Positions 22,763-32,241 of a stretch of DNA of 64,000 bases are shown here, in pieces. The stretch is from an uncultured Ignavibacteriota bacterium. GTDB taxonomy: Bacteria; Bacteroidota; Ignavibacteria; UBA10030; BY39. The notes below the pieces were generated by a model. The model saw only the letters and a list, made by a program, of their open reading frames with translations, searched no databases and was not told the DNA's origin. The stretch spans positions 20,193-84,192 of the forward strand of contig CAMTWO010000013.1 of NCBI GenBank assembly GCA_947085405.1, given 5' to 3'. The position numbers and the translations under genes were made by a program. Positions within the stretch are counted from its first letter, which is position 1, and the number at the start of each line of letters is the position of its first letter.

Positions 22763-24100
22763 ATGGCAAAGATCAGCGAAAGTTTCCGAAATATATTTAA
22801 AATTCAAGAACTAAGGCAGCGGATTATATTTACTGCTCTAATTCTAATTGTAGTTCGTATCGGTGCGCATATTACACTTCCCGGTGTCGATGCCGCTGCA
22901 CTCGCCGAAGCAGTTCGCAATCAATCAGCAAATACTCTTTTTGGTTTGTACGATATGTTTGTCGGTGGTGCCTTCGAGAATGCTGCGATATTTGCATTAG
23001 GTATAATGCCTTACATCAGCGCCTCTATTATTATTCAATTGTTGGGTGCTGTAGTTCCTTACTTCCAAAAACTTTCAAAAGAAGGCGAAGAAGGCAGAAA
23101 AAAAATCACCCAGATTACTCGATACGGAACCGTTTTAGTTGCTATTCTCCAAGGATGGGGAGTGAGTGTCCGGTTGATTAATATGCAAGCTGCCGGAGTG
23201 CCTATCGTTCCACCTGAAGTACAAGGCATAGGTTTTATGATAAGCACGATAATTGTATTAACTTCAGGTACTATATTTATGATGTGGCTTGGAGAACAAA
23301 TTACCGAACGTGGAATAGGCAATGGAATATCGCTTATAATCTTTATCGGAATTATTGCTCGTCTGCCTCACGCAATGTTAGATGAATATCAATTAGTCAG
23401 TTCAGGTGCCCGCAGCATCATTATTGAAATCGTAATTATAGCAGGGATGGTTGCAATAATTGCCGGTGTTATTTTTATGACTCAAGGAACACGACGCATC
23501 CCTGTTCAATATGCGAAAAGAGTTATCGGTAGAAAAATTTATGGCGGTGTTACTCAATACATCCCGATGCGTGTAAATACAGCAGGTGTTATGCCCATAA
23601 TTTTTGCTCAGTCAATTATGTTTCTACCGAGCACGATTCTTACTTTCTTCCCTGAGAGCGAATTTATGACAGGCATTGCATCGTATTTCCAACACGATTC
23701 TTATTTTTATTCCTTTGCTTTTGGTTTAATAATTGTATTCTTCACATATTTTTATACAGCTATTGCTTTTAATCCTAAAGATGTAGCCGAAACTATGCAA
23801 AAGCAAGGTGGATTTATTCCCGGCATCAGACCTGGCAAAAATACATCCGATTTTGTAGATAATATACTTACAAAAATCACATTACCTGGTTCATTTTTCT
23901 TAGCTTTTGTTGCTATCTTACCAACCTTTATGATGAAGTTAGGTGTTACAGGCTCGTTCGCAAGCTTTTTCGGCGGCACAAGTCTTTTAATTATTGTAGG
24001 TGTCGGTTTAGATACTCTGCAACAAGTTGAATCGCACTTGTTAATGCGGCACTACGATGGTTTCTTAAAAAAAGGTCATCTAAAAGGACGCCGTGGCTAA
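22763..24100 (+). CDS. secY: preprotein translocase subunit SecY
   Basis: 445 aa, 10 TM segments, ...ALGIMPYISASIIIQLL... SecY signature. Confidence 0.96.
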   Translation: MAKISESFRNIFKIQELRQRIIFTALILIVVRIGAHITLPGVDAAALAEAVRNQSANTLFGLYDMFVGGAFENAAIFALGIMPYISASIIIQLLGAVVPYFQKLSKEGEEGRKKITQITRYGTVLVAILQGWGVSVRLINMQAAGVPIVPPEVQGIGFMISTIIVLTSGTIFMMWLGEQITERGIGNGISLIIFIGIIARLPHAMLDEYQLVSSGARSIIIEIVIIAGMVAIIAGVIFMTQGTRRIPVQYAKRVIGRKIYGGVTQYIPMRVNTAGVMPIIFAQSIMFLPSTILTFFPESEFMTGIASYFQHDSYFYSFAFGLIIVFFTYFYTAIAFNPKDVAETMQKQGGFIPGIRPGKNTSDFVDNILTKITLPGSFFLAFVAILPTFMMKLGVTGSFASFFGGTSLLIIVGVGLDTLQQVESHLLMRHYDGFLKKGHLKGRRG

Positions 24101-24117
24101 GTTATTTTATTGATTAT

Positions 24118-24882
24118 ATGAAGAGGAATTTGATTAAGTCGAAATCAGAAATTGAGTTGATGCGTGAAAGTTGCAGGATTGTTGCTGAAGTTTTAAAGTT
24201 GTTAGAAATTTCAATAAAGCCCGGTGTTACTACAAAAGAATTAGATATTATAGCTGAAGATTATATTCGTTCACAGAATGCTGAACCGGCATTCAAAGGA
24301 TACGGTGCCGATAAGAAAAATTTGTATCCCGCTACATTATGCACGTCGGTTGAAGACGAAGTAGTTCACGGAATACCCTGCGATCGTAAATTGATTGAAG
24401 GTGAAATAATTTCGATAGATGTTGGTGTAAAGAAAAATAATTACTATGGCGACGGTGCTAAGTCCTTCGCAGTCGGTAAAATATCCGACGAAAAAAAACG
24501 ATTATTGGAAATTACTGAACAATCGTTGTATAAAGGAATTGAGAAAGCTTTGAACGGAAACCGGGTTTTCGATATATCTTCAGCGGTTCAAAAGCATGTT
24601 GAAGAAGCAGGATTTTCGGTTGTTCGCGATTTGGTCGGCCACGGTATTGGCAGAAGTTTACACGAAGAACCTCAGATTCCAAATTTCGGACAAGCCGGCA
24701 CCGGCGAGTCGCTTAAAAGCGGAATGACTTTGGCAATTGAGCCAATGGTAAATTATGGTGCATATAAAGTCCGATTTAATTCTGATGGTTGGACTGTAAA
24801 AACATTAGATGGTAAGCCGTCGGCACATTTTGAACACACGGTATATATAACCGATTCAGAACCGGAAATTTTAACTAAGTAA
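24118..24882 (+). CDS. map: methionine aminopeptidase type I
   Basis: 254 aa; pita-bread fold metal ligands (D..D..H..E..E pattern); secY-map-infA order. Confidence 0.93.
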   Translation: MKRNLIKSKSEIELMRESCRIVAEVLKLLEISIKPGVTTKELDIIAEDYIRSQNAEPAFKGYGADKKNLYPATLCTSVEDEVVHGIPCDRKLIEGEIISIDVGVKKNNYYGDGAKSFAVGKISDEKKRLLEITEQSLYKGIEKALNGNRVFDISSAVQKHVEEAGFSVVRDLVGHGIGRSLHEEPQIPNFGQAGTGESLKSGMTLAIEPMVNYGAYKVRFNSDGWTVKTLDGKPSAHFEHTVYITDSEPEILTK

Positions 24883-24887
24883 AGTAA

Positions 24888-25106
24888 ATGGCTAAACAAG
24901 GTCCAATAAAAATGGATGGAACAATAATCGAAACACTGCCAAATGCAATGTTCAGGGTTCGATTAGAAAACAATCATGAAATTATTGCACACGTTTCAGG
25001 AAAAATGCGTATGAATTTTATAAAAATACTTGTTGGCGATAAAGTTACTGTCGAATTATCCCCTTACGATTTAACCAAGGGGCGAATTACGTATAGATAT
25101 AAATAA
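24888..25106 (+). CDS. infA: translation initiation factor IF-1
   Basis: 72 aa S1-like OB; ...[35 protein letters not shown]. Confidence 0.95.
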   Translation: MAKQGPIKMDGTIIETLPNAMFRVRLENNHEIIAHVSGKMRMNFIKILVGDKVTVELSPYDLTKGRITYRYK

Positions 25107-25117
25107 GGAGATAAAAA

Positions 25118-25234
25118 ATGAAAGTTCGTTCATCTGTAAAAAAATTATGCGAAAATTGCAAGATTGTCAGACGTAAAGGTTATGTTTACGTTATATGTAA
25201 AAAAAATCCAAAGCACAAACAACGACAAGGTTAA
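25118..25234 (+). CDS. rpmJ: 50S ribosomal protein L36 (Zn-ribbon type); absent from the supplied ORF track because it is under 60 aa
   Basis: Hand-translated as [38 protein letters not shown] (38 aa). Standard position between infA and rpsM. Confidence 0.85.
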   Translation: MKVRSSVKKLCENCKIVRRKGYVYVICKKNPKHKQRQG

Positions 25235-25257
25235 TTTAATTACGAAAGGAATAATAA

Positions 25258-25641
25258 GTGGCTCGTATAGCAGGTATTGATTTACCCAAAAATAAGAGAG
25301 CTGAGATTGGCTTAACATACATTTTCGGAATTGGTCTATCTACTGCCCAACAGATACTAACAAAAGCCGGTGTTGATTTCGGCAAGCGAATAAGTGAGTT
25401 ATCGGACGATGAAGTGGCGAAGGTACGTTCAATTATTACATCCGAGATAAAAGTAGAAGGCGCACTCCGCAGTGAAGTACAAATGAATATCAAACGTTTG
25501 ATGGATATAGGCTCATACCGCGGACTCCGACACAGAAAAGGATTACCGGTACGTGGACAAAGAACAAAAACTAATTCGCGTACGCGTAAAGGTAAACGTA
25601 AAACTGTCGCCGGAAAGAAGAAAGTGGCAGCTAAGAAGTAA
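25258..25641 (+). CDS. rpsM: 30S ribosomal protein S13
   Basis: [26 protein letters not shown]... Confidence 0.95.
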   Translation: MARIAGIDLPKNKRAEIGLTYIFGIGLSTAQQILTKAGVDFGKRISELSDDEVAKVRSIITSEIKVEGALRSEVQMNIKRLMDIGSYRGLRHRKGLPVRGQRTKTNSRTRKGKRKTVAGKKKVAAKK

Positions 25642-25683
25642 TTTTTCTATCAATAATGAAATAAAAAGAATTGGAGTTTATAA

Positions 25684-26079
25684 ATGGCAAATGTTACAAC
25701 AGCAGCAGCTAAAAAGAAGAAACGCCAGCAAGTTGATGTTAGCGGAAAAGTTTTTGTTAAAGCAACATTCAATAACGTACTTGTTACAATTACTGACATA
25801 TATGGTAATACAATCAGTTCATCTTCTGCCGGTAAGAACGGGTTCAAAGGTTCACGTAAGAATACTCCCTTTGCCGCTCAGGTTACTGCCGAAGCTGCAG
25901 CAAAAGAAGCATACGCTTTAGGATTAAGAAAAGTCGAAGTTTTTGTTAAAGGACCCGGTTCCGGTCGCGAAGCTGCAATGCGTTCCTTGCAAACAGTCGG
26001 GTTAGAAATTAGTGCGATACGGGATATTACTCCCATTCCGCATAACGGCTGTCGTCCGCCAAAGCGCCGTAGAGTTTAA
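25684..26079 (+). CDS. rpsK: 30S ribosomal protein S11
   Basis: 131 aa S11 family ...[16 protein letters not shown]. Confidence 0.95.
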   Translation: MANVTTAAAKKKKRQQVDVSGKVFVKATFNNVLVTITDIYGNTISSSSAGKNGFKGSRKNTPFAAQVTAEAAAKEAYALGLRKVEVFVKGPGSGREAAMRSLQTVGLEISAIRDITPIPHNGCRPPKRRRV

Positions 26080-26115
26080 TAAAGTAAAATAAAAGAAAGA
26101 AGGTTATACAAAAGC

Positions 26116-26745
26116 ATGGCAAGATATTTAGAATCGAGCTGTAGATTATGCAGAAGAGAACGGCAAAAATTGTTTTTAAAGGGAACAAAGTGTTTCACCG
26201 AAAAATGTCCGGTTGATAAACGAGCCTACCCGCCTGGACAGCACGGTCAATCACGTCGTCAAAAAATTTCGGTATATGGTGTTCAACTTCGCGAAAAACA
26301 AAAAGTTCGCCGCATGTATGGTTTGATGGAAACTCAATTCCATAATTATTTCTTAAAAGCATTAAAACAAACCGGACGAACAAGCGAAATTCTTGTTAAG
26401 ACACTCGAACGCCGTTTCGATAACGTAGTTTACCGACTTGGGTTTGCTCCTTCCCGTAAAACTGCTCGCCAATTAGTAACTCATCGGCATTTTATGATCA
26501 ATAACAAAGTCGTGAATATTCCATCATACCTGCTTAGTCCTGGCGACGTTATTCAAGTGAGAGAAAACAGCAAAAAATTAGATATCATTCACTTATCTTT
26601 AAAACGTATGCGTGATAATGCTATGTTACCTTGGTTAGTTCTTGATAAAGGGGCAATGAGTGGAACTTTTCTGAATCACCCGGAACGAACCGATATTCCA
26701 CTTAATGCAAACGAACAGCTCATTGTTGAATTGTATTCTAAATAG
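26116..26745 (+). CDS. rpsD: 30S ribosomal protein S4
   Basis: MARYLESSCRLCRRE... with N-terminal Zn-like cluster and S4 domain. Confidence 0.95.
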   Translation: MARYLESSCRLCRRERQKLFLKGTKCFTEKCPVDKRAYPPGQHGQSRRQKISVYGVQLREKQKVRRMYGLMETQFHNYFLKALKQTGRTSEILVKTLERRFDNVVYRLGFAPSRKTARQLVTHRHFMINNKVVNIPSYLLSPGDVIQVRENSKKLDIIHLSLKRMRDNAMLPWLVLDKGAMSGTFLNHPERTDIPLNANEQLIVELYSK

Positions 26746-26790
26746 CAATTGAGACTGATATAATTATGAATTTGATAATAGGAGAGATTT

Positions 26791-27777
26791 ATGAATATTA
26801 ATTCATCGAACTTACATATGCCTGAAAAGCTTGAAGTGGATGCACATTCTTACACCAATTCTTACGGAAAATTTATTCTTCAACCGCTTGAAAAAGGGTA
26901 TGGCGTAACGTTAGGAAATACAATGCGCCGGGTACTTTTGTCGTCACTAACTGGCGCTGCTTTTAATGCTATTCAGATAAAAGGTGTGTTACACGAGTTT
27001 TCAACTATCGAAGGGATAAAAGAAGATGTTTCAGAACTGATTTTAAATTTGAAATCAGTGCGGCTGAAATTATTGGATAAAAAAACTACAAAGATTTCGC
27101 TCTATTTTGAAGGACCAAAACATGTAACAGCAGCAGATATTCAAAAAGCAAACGACGATATTGAAATATTAAATTTAACCCAGCCCATCGCAACACTCGA
27201 TAAAGGTGCTGAATTAGATATCGATTTATTTGTCGGTCAGGGACGTGGTTTTGTTCCTGCCGAAGAGTATGTTCCGGACGATCAAATAATGGGCGTTATA
27301 CCTGTCGATGCCATTTATTCTCCGATCGTTAATGTTCGATTTACCATTGAACCAACAAGGGTAGGACAACAAACAGATTTCGAAAAATTAATTTTAGAGG
27401 TACAAACAGATGGTTCAATCGCACCCGACGATGCGATGACACAAGCTGCAAAAATATTACGCGAACATATACAATTATTTATTAATTACGAAGGTGAAAC
27501 CGGTATCGAGTTAGACGGAACACAATCGGAAGCTGAAGTTGCCAGAATCAGAGATATTTTGAAAACTCCGGTTGACGATCTCGAACTTTCAGTCCGATCG
27601 CATAATGTTCTACGCTCAGGCGATATACATACATTAGGCGACCTCGTGCGTTGTGATATTCCGGAGCTTCTTAAATTTCGAAATTTTGGCAGAAAATCGT
27701 TGTCGGAACTTACAGAAATTGTTGAAGAATACGGATTGACTTTCGGTATGGATGTAGATAAATATTTAAACGAATAA
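26791..27777 (+). CDS. rpoA: DNA-directed RNA polymerase subunit alpha
   Basis: 328 aa; NTD dimerisation region plus alpha-CTD (...[13 protein letters not shown]...). Confidence 0.96.
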   Translation: MNINSSNLHMPEKLEVDAHSYTNSYGKFILQPLEKGYGVTLGNTMRRVLLSSLTGAAFNAIQIKGVLHEFSTIEGIKEDVSELILNLKSVRLKLLDKKTTKISLYFEGPKHVTAADIQKANDDIEILNLTQPIATLDKGAELDIDLFVGQGRGFVPAEEYVPDDQIMGVIPVDAIYSPIVNVRFTIEPTRVGQQTDFEKLILEVQTDGSIAPDDAMTQAAKILREHIQLFINYEGETGIELDGTQSEAEVARIRDILKTPVDDLELSVRSHNVLRSGDIHTLGDLVRCDIPELLKFRNFGRKSLSELTEIVEEYGLTFGMDVDKYLNE

Positions 27778-27790
27778 ACAGGAAGAATTT

Positions 27791-28282
27791 ATGCGACACA
27801 GAAAATCTGGTAGAAAATTAAAACGAACAGCAAGCCATAGAAAAGCATTGCTCATCTCTTTATCTACAGCTTTATTAAAAAATAAGAGAATTACAACAAC
27901 ATTGGCGAAGGCTAAAGAAGCCCGCCCTTACGTGGAGAAATTAATAACCCGTGCAAAAAATGCAATAGCTACTGAAGAAACAGGCACACCGAAAAATGTG
28001 CACGCAAGAAGAGAAATTGCACGCTTTATTAAAGATAGAGAAGTTGTTACTGAACTCTTCGGAGAAATTGCACCGAAAGTTGCTACACGCCCCGGTGGAT
28101 ATACCCGGATTATCAAACTCGGACACCGTTTAGGCGATGCCGCACAAATGGGTTTACTTGAACTTGTTGATTATGGATTAGGTAAAGAAACAACGAAACC
28201 AGCCGAAAAAACAAAATCAGTTAAGCGAGGTTGGAAAAAATCGGAAAAGAAAGTAGCAACTACACAAACAAAATCGGAATAA
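27791..28282 (+). CDS. rplQ: 50S ribosomal protein L17
   Basis: [21 protein letters not shown]... L17 with a Lys-rich C-terminal extension. Confidence 0.93.
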   Translation: MRHRKSGRKLKRTASHRKALLISLSTALLKNKRITTTLAKAKEARPYVEKLITRAKNAIATEETGTPKNVHARREIARFIKDREVVTELFGEIAPKVATRPGGYTRIIKLGHRLGDAAQMGLLELVDYGLGKETTKPAEKTKSVKRGWKKSEKKVATTQTKSE

Positions 28283-28302
28283 AATAATTCAGATAGATTT
28301 CG

Positions 28303-28344
28303 AAGAGCACAAAGTTAAACAACTTTGTGCTCTTTGCTTTTTAT
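28303..28344 (+). terminator. rho-independent terminator ending the alpha operon
   Basis: GAAGAGCACAAAGTT-aaac-AACTTTGTGCTCTT (14-bp stem) followed by TGCTTTTTAT. Confidence 0.65.
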
Positions 28345-28372
28345 GGGTTAAATTCTAAATTGAACTATTATA

Positions 28373-28972
28373 ATGAATCAAGCAGAATTAAAATATGTTG
28401 TAGCAGCTGTCGAGGGAAACAAAAAATATTCATTCCCAAAAATCGAAGAGCCACTTGTTGTTTTTATCGGTAGATCAAACGTTGGAAAATCATCTCTTAT
28501 AAATTCACTACTTAAAATAAAAATTGCCCGCACAAGCAACGAACCAGGTAAGACACGGCAAATAAATTATTATTTAATCAACAACGAATTTTATTTTGTT
28601 GATTTACCCGGTTACGGTTATGCAAAAGTATCGGGCAAAGAGTCTGCAGAATGGAAAAGCATGATGGATAGTTTTTTTAATTCCGAACTGAACATAAAAT
28701 TAGGAATATTAATAATAGATTCAAGACGCGAACCTCTGGAGTCTGATAAAACCATGAATGAATATTTAAACTCTCTGAAAATTCCATATTTCCTGATTTT
28801 AAATAAAATTGATAAGTTAACACAGAACGAGCGTGCTAAACAGATAAAAACCTATCAAATGCTGATGGGCAAATTTTGTCGGGAACTCGTACCATATTCA
28901 GCATTAATAGGCAAGGGAAGCAACGAATTATTAGGGAAAATCCAAAATCAACTCAAAAATAGCTTTATTTAG
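28373..28972 (+). CDS. engB: ribosome-biogenesis GTPase YihA/EngB
   Basis: 199 aa; P-loop GRSNVGKSSLIN, DLPGYGYAKVS, NKIDKL; EngB family. Confidence 0.85.
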   Translation: MNQAELKYVVAAVEGNKKYSFPKIEEPLVVFIGRSNVGKSSLINSLLKIKIARTSNEPGKTRQINYYLINNEFYFVDLPGYGYAKVSGKESAEWKSMMDSFFNSELNIKLGILIIDSRREPLESDKTMNEYLNSLKIPYFLILNKIDKLTQNERAKQIKTYQMLMGKFCRELVPYSALIGKGSNELLGKIQNQLKNSFI

Positions 28973-29075
28973 TCATTTTGAGTAGTTTTGGAACAAATAC
29001 CATTATTAGAATGTTTGGAAAATCGTATGGTTATCTGATTTATATATAAAAAAATGCTTTTGTTTAATAAAACAC

Positions 29076-29104
29076 TTGACATATACATTTTAATTCATTA
29101 TATT
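29076..29104 (+). promoter_or_regulatory. near-consensus sigma70-type promoter (TTGACA-N17-TATATT) for accessory operon 1
   Basis: TTGACA at 29076-29081, 17-nt spacer, TATATT at 29099-29104. About 135 nt of 5' UTR follow before ATG 29240. Confidence 0.5.
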
Positions 29105-29239
29105 TTCCCTGAAGTTTGTAACAGGTTTTATCAATATTCAAGTTGTTTTTTGTAATAACATTTAATTCAAATAATTCACATTACATGTTACTATGTTTTT
29201 AACTCAACAATCAACTTATAACATAAGGAGGTTAAAATC

Positions 29240-32203
29240 ATGATTAAAAAATTACTAGCTTTATTTCTCACTATTCTATTAGTAACAGTTGTTACATCTG
29301 CACAAGATGGTAAGTTACGTGGTATCATCACCGATAAAACTAACGGTGAGCCCCTGATTGGTGCAACAGTGTCTCTCGAAGGCACTATGATGGGTGCAGC
29401 AAGCGATATCAATGGTGAGTTTTTCATTTTAAGTGTTCCGCCCGGAACATACAGCATAAAGACATCCTATGTCGGTTATGCTCAAGTAACAATCTCAAAC
29501 GTTCGTGTCCTCTCGAATTTTACTACTACACAAAATTTTCAACTTCTAAGCGAAGCCGTCCAAGTTGATGCAGTAGATATTTTTGCCGAACGTCCGCTTA
29601 TTCAACGAAACACAACTAACACCGTTCGGGTTACTACACAAGAAGATATCAGGAATCTCCCAATTCGTGGACTAGAAAATATTCTGAGTCTGCAAGCTGG
29701 TGTGGTAGATCAAGATAATCAACTTTATGTACGCGGTGGACGTTCAGGCGAAATTGCATATTTTGTTGATGGCGCTTCTACAACAAATCCAATTACTAAT
29801 TCACAAACATTTTCGGTAATTCAGGAAGCTGTTGAAGAACTACAATTGCAAGCCGGCGGTTATACTGCAGAATTTGGCGGTGCAAATTCCGGTATCGCAC
29901 GAACTACTCTACGCACAGGTCAAAGCAGCTATAAAGGCTCGGTCGATTTCCTAACCGATAACCTTGCTAAACCCGGTGCCGACTATCTTGGTTCATCATC
30001 GTTTGGTTACACAAATATGGTGGCTACCATAAGCGGTCCTGTGATGAAAAATTTAAAATTTTTCGTAGCTGGTCAGCATCAATTTATTAGAAATCGCAGT
30101 CTAAGGTTCATAGAACCTTTCCGTTTCGAAAATATTGTTACGGATGTAAACGATGAAGCTCCCGGTAGATCGCTCCCTGGTCCGATCGAATTCAAGAAGA
30201 ATTATATCCCCGGTAACTGGCTTCAAAATTACTCAACTCAAGGTAACCTCAATTATGAGTTACAATCAATGAAGTTCAAACTATCCGGAAGTTACACATA
30301 CGATAAATCGCCATTCGATAACAGATGGCCCACAGCTTTAACACGGTATTTCAACAAACGGTCGCGTATCGACCACAACACTACCGGATTTGCAAATTTT
30401 AGATTTACACACGTTGTTAATCCAAAAACATACTACGAAGTAGCTCTCTCTTACCAGAGTCGTTACTTCCGTCGTGTTGATCCTGATTTTGGCGACGACT
30501 GGAAATCATATACCGATAGTACTAAAAATACCGAATTAGGTTACACCGGATTCCGACGTCCTTATGCGGGCCCTTTACCTTACAGCATTATCAATGCATT
30601 TTTAATGACACACGAGAATGCACCGAATAATGCTTATTCCAAAAACCAACAAACATCTTATGGTTTTGCTGGCGACTTTACTTCTCAACTAACATCAAAT
30701 TGGGAAATAAAATTTGGTACCAGATTAGATTCATGGATCGCCCGCAATTATGCTGTTGGTAACATCCAAGGTGCAATGGAGTTTCTCTATGGTACGGACG
30801 GAAGAACACCCCGAACCTTCGCTGATGATTATGAAAGGCGTGTAAGATTATCCAAAGCCGGAACTATCAATCATTACGGCTACGATGTTGATGGTAATGA
30901 AATTAATTCAGGAATTGATGCTCCTCGAAAGCCACTTTTTGCTTCGGCTTATTTGCAAAATAAATTAGAATATCAGGACATTATACTTAATTTAGGTCTT
31001 CGTTATGAATACTTCGATACGAAGAATAAGACTTTCAAAGATCCATTACAGCCCGATTTCAACACTGATTTAGATGTTATCGACGAAACTAAATTAGAGG
31101 AAGCAAAACCGTTTAATCTCGTATTGCCTCGTGTTAGTTTTTCGTTTCCCGTTACCGATGTTACAGTATTCTATGCTATGTACGGAAAATACGCACAGAT
31201 GCCATCTTTGAATCAACTTTATATCGGAAACACAACTCTTAGCCGTACAGTCAGTCCGATAACTCGTGGAAATGCATTCTTAACTCCAGTTGGATATCTG
31301 ATGATACCCGAAAGAACGACTCAGTACGAAATGGGTATTCGGCAGTCGTTAGCTGATAATTTTGCATTTACTGTAAGTGGTTTCTACAAAGACATAAAAG
31401 ACCAATTACAAGTTCGTTCCTATGTTAATGAAGCGGGTAGCAAATTGTTTACTGCATACTTGAACGATGACTTTGGTACGATTAAGGGGTTAGAACTTAC
31501 ACTCGAACTTCGCCGAACTAACCGATTAGCTACAAAGTTTAATTACACATTATCCGATGCCCGCGGAACAGGGTCAAATTCACAATCTTCATTTGGAGCT
31601 GTTGAACAAAACATCGGACGTCCGACAAGCTTCATAAACCCACTCGATTTTAACCAAACTCATTCAGGCACATTGTTGCTTGATTATAGATTTGCTAAAG
31701 GCGATGGTGGACCGATCTTAGAACAAATGGGCGTCAATATGATACTCTCGTTCAATAGCGGACATGCATATACTAAAATAAAAGAGTTGAAAGAACTCGG
31801 ACAAGCAAACGTTTGGGACGTCGGTGTGGAACCATTGAACGATCCACGGGCAAGTTTCCCGACCGAACCACTCAACAGTTCGACAACTCCCTGGGTATAT
31901 AATATCGACCTCAACTTCAGTAAAAAGTTCAACCTTGGTGTAATCGATGCTGAATTTTATGTAAATATTATTAATTTACTCAATACAAAGGACATATTGA
32001 ACGTCTATCCAACCACCGGAACTGCCCAGGACGATGGCTGGTTAGGTAATTCGTTGGCAACACCATTCCACCAAATTCCTAACTATACCGATTTCTATAA
32101 AGCCATTAATTCACAGAACCGTTGGGCTTATATGGTGGCTACTGGAAACGATTTGTTCGGTACACCGCGTCAGGTTCGTTTTGGTCTACGGCTTGAAATA
32201 TAA
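29240..32203 (+). CDS. TonB-dependent outer-membrane receptor with N-terminal carboxypeptidase-regulatory-like domain (SusC/RagA-like architecture); paralog 1
   Basis: 987 aa. Signal peptide; KLRGIITDKTNGEPLIGATVSLEG...DINGEFFILSVPPGTYSIK (CarboxypepD_reg-like); plug region ...QRNTTNTVRVTTQEDIRNLPIRGLENILSLQAGVV...YVRGG; long beta-barrel; strong AAGGAGG RBS. Confidence 0.85.
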   Translation: MIKKLLALFLTILLVTVVTSAQDGKLRGIITDKTNGEPLIGATVSLEGTMMGAASDINGEFFILSVPPGTYSIKTSYVGYAQVTISNVRVLSNFTTTQNFQLLSEAVQVDAVDIFAERPLIQRNTTNTVRVTTQEDIRNLPIRGLENILSLQAGVVDQDNQLYVRGGRSGEIAYFVDGASTTNPITNSQTFSVIQEAVEELQLQAGGYTAEFGGANSGIARTTLRTGQSSYKGSVDFLTDNLAKPGADYLGSSSFGYTNMVATISGPVMKNLKFFVAGQHQFIRNRSLRFIEPFRFENIVTDVNDEAPGRSLPGPIEFKKNYIPGNWLQNYSTQGNLNYELQSMKFKLSGSYTYDKSPFDNRWPTALTRYFNKRSRIDHNTTGFANFRFTHVVNPKTYYEVALSYQSRYFRRVDPDFGDDWKSYTDSTKNTELGYTGFRRPYAGPLPYSIINAFLMTHENAPNNAYSKNQQTSYGFAGDFTSQLTSNWEIKFGTRLDSWIARNYAVGNIQGAMEFLYGTDGRTPRTFADDYERRVRLSKAGTINHYGYDVDGNEINSGIDAPRKPLFASAYLQNKLEYQDIILNLGLRYEYFDTKNKTFKDPLQPDFNTDLDVIDETKLEEAKPFNLVLPRVSFSFPVTDVTVFYAMYGKYAQMPSLNQLYIGNTTLSRTVSPITRGNAFLTPVGYLMIPERTTQYEMGIRQSLADNFAFTVSGFYKDIKDQLQVRSYVNEAGSKLFTAYLNDDFGTIKGLELTLELRRTNRLATKFNYTLSDARGTGSNSQSSFGAVEQNIGRPTSFINPLDFNQTHSGTLLLDYRFAKGDGGPILEQMGVNMILSFNSGHAYTKIKELKELGQANVWDVGVEPLNDPRASFPTEPLNSSTTPWVYNIDLNFSKKFNLGVIDAEFYVNIINLLNTKDILNVYPTTGTAQDDGWLGNSLATPFHQIPNYTDFYKAINSQNRWAYMVATGNDLFGTPRQVRFGLRLEI

Positions 32204-32241
32204 TATAAACATAACTCAAAATTAAAAAGGAGTTGCTAAAA

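Noticed and set aside
25553-25921. 122-aa +strand ORF overlapping the rpsM end and rpsK start in another frame
   Set aside because: Out-of-frame overlap with two canonical genes; no independent signal.
32233-32241. ORF-track start (TTG 32233) for the first giant cargo gene
   Set aside because: The TTG directly abuts the AAGGAG RBS with zero spacing. ATG 32242 has 9-nt spacing and begins a canonical signal peptide.
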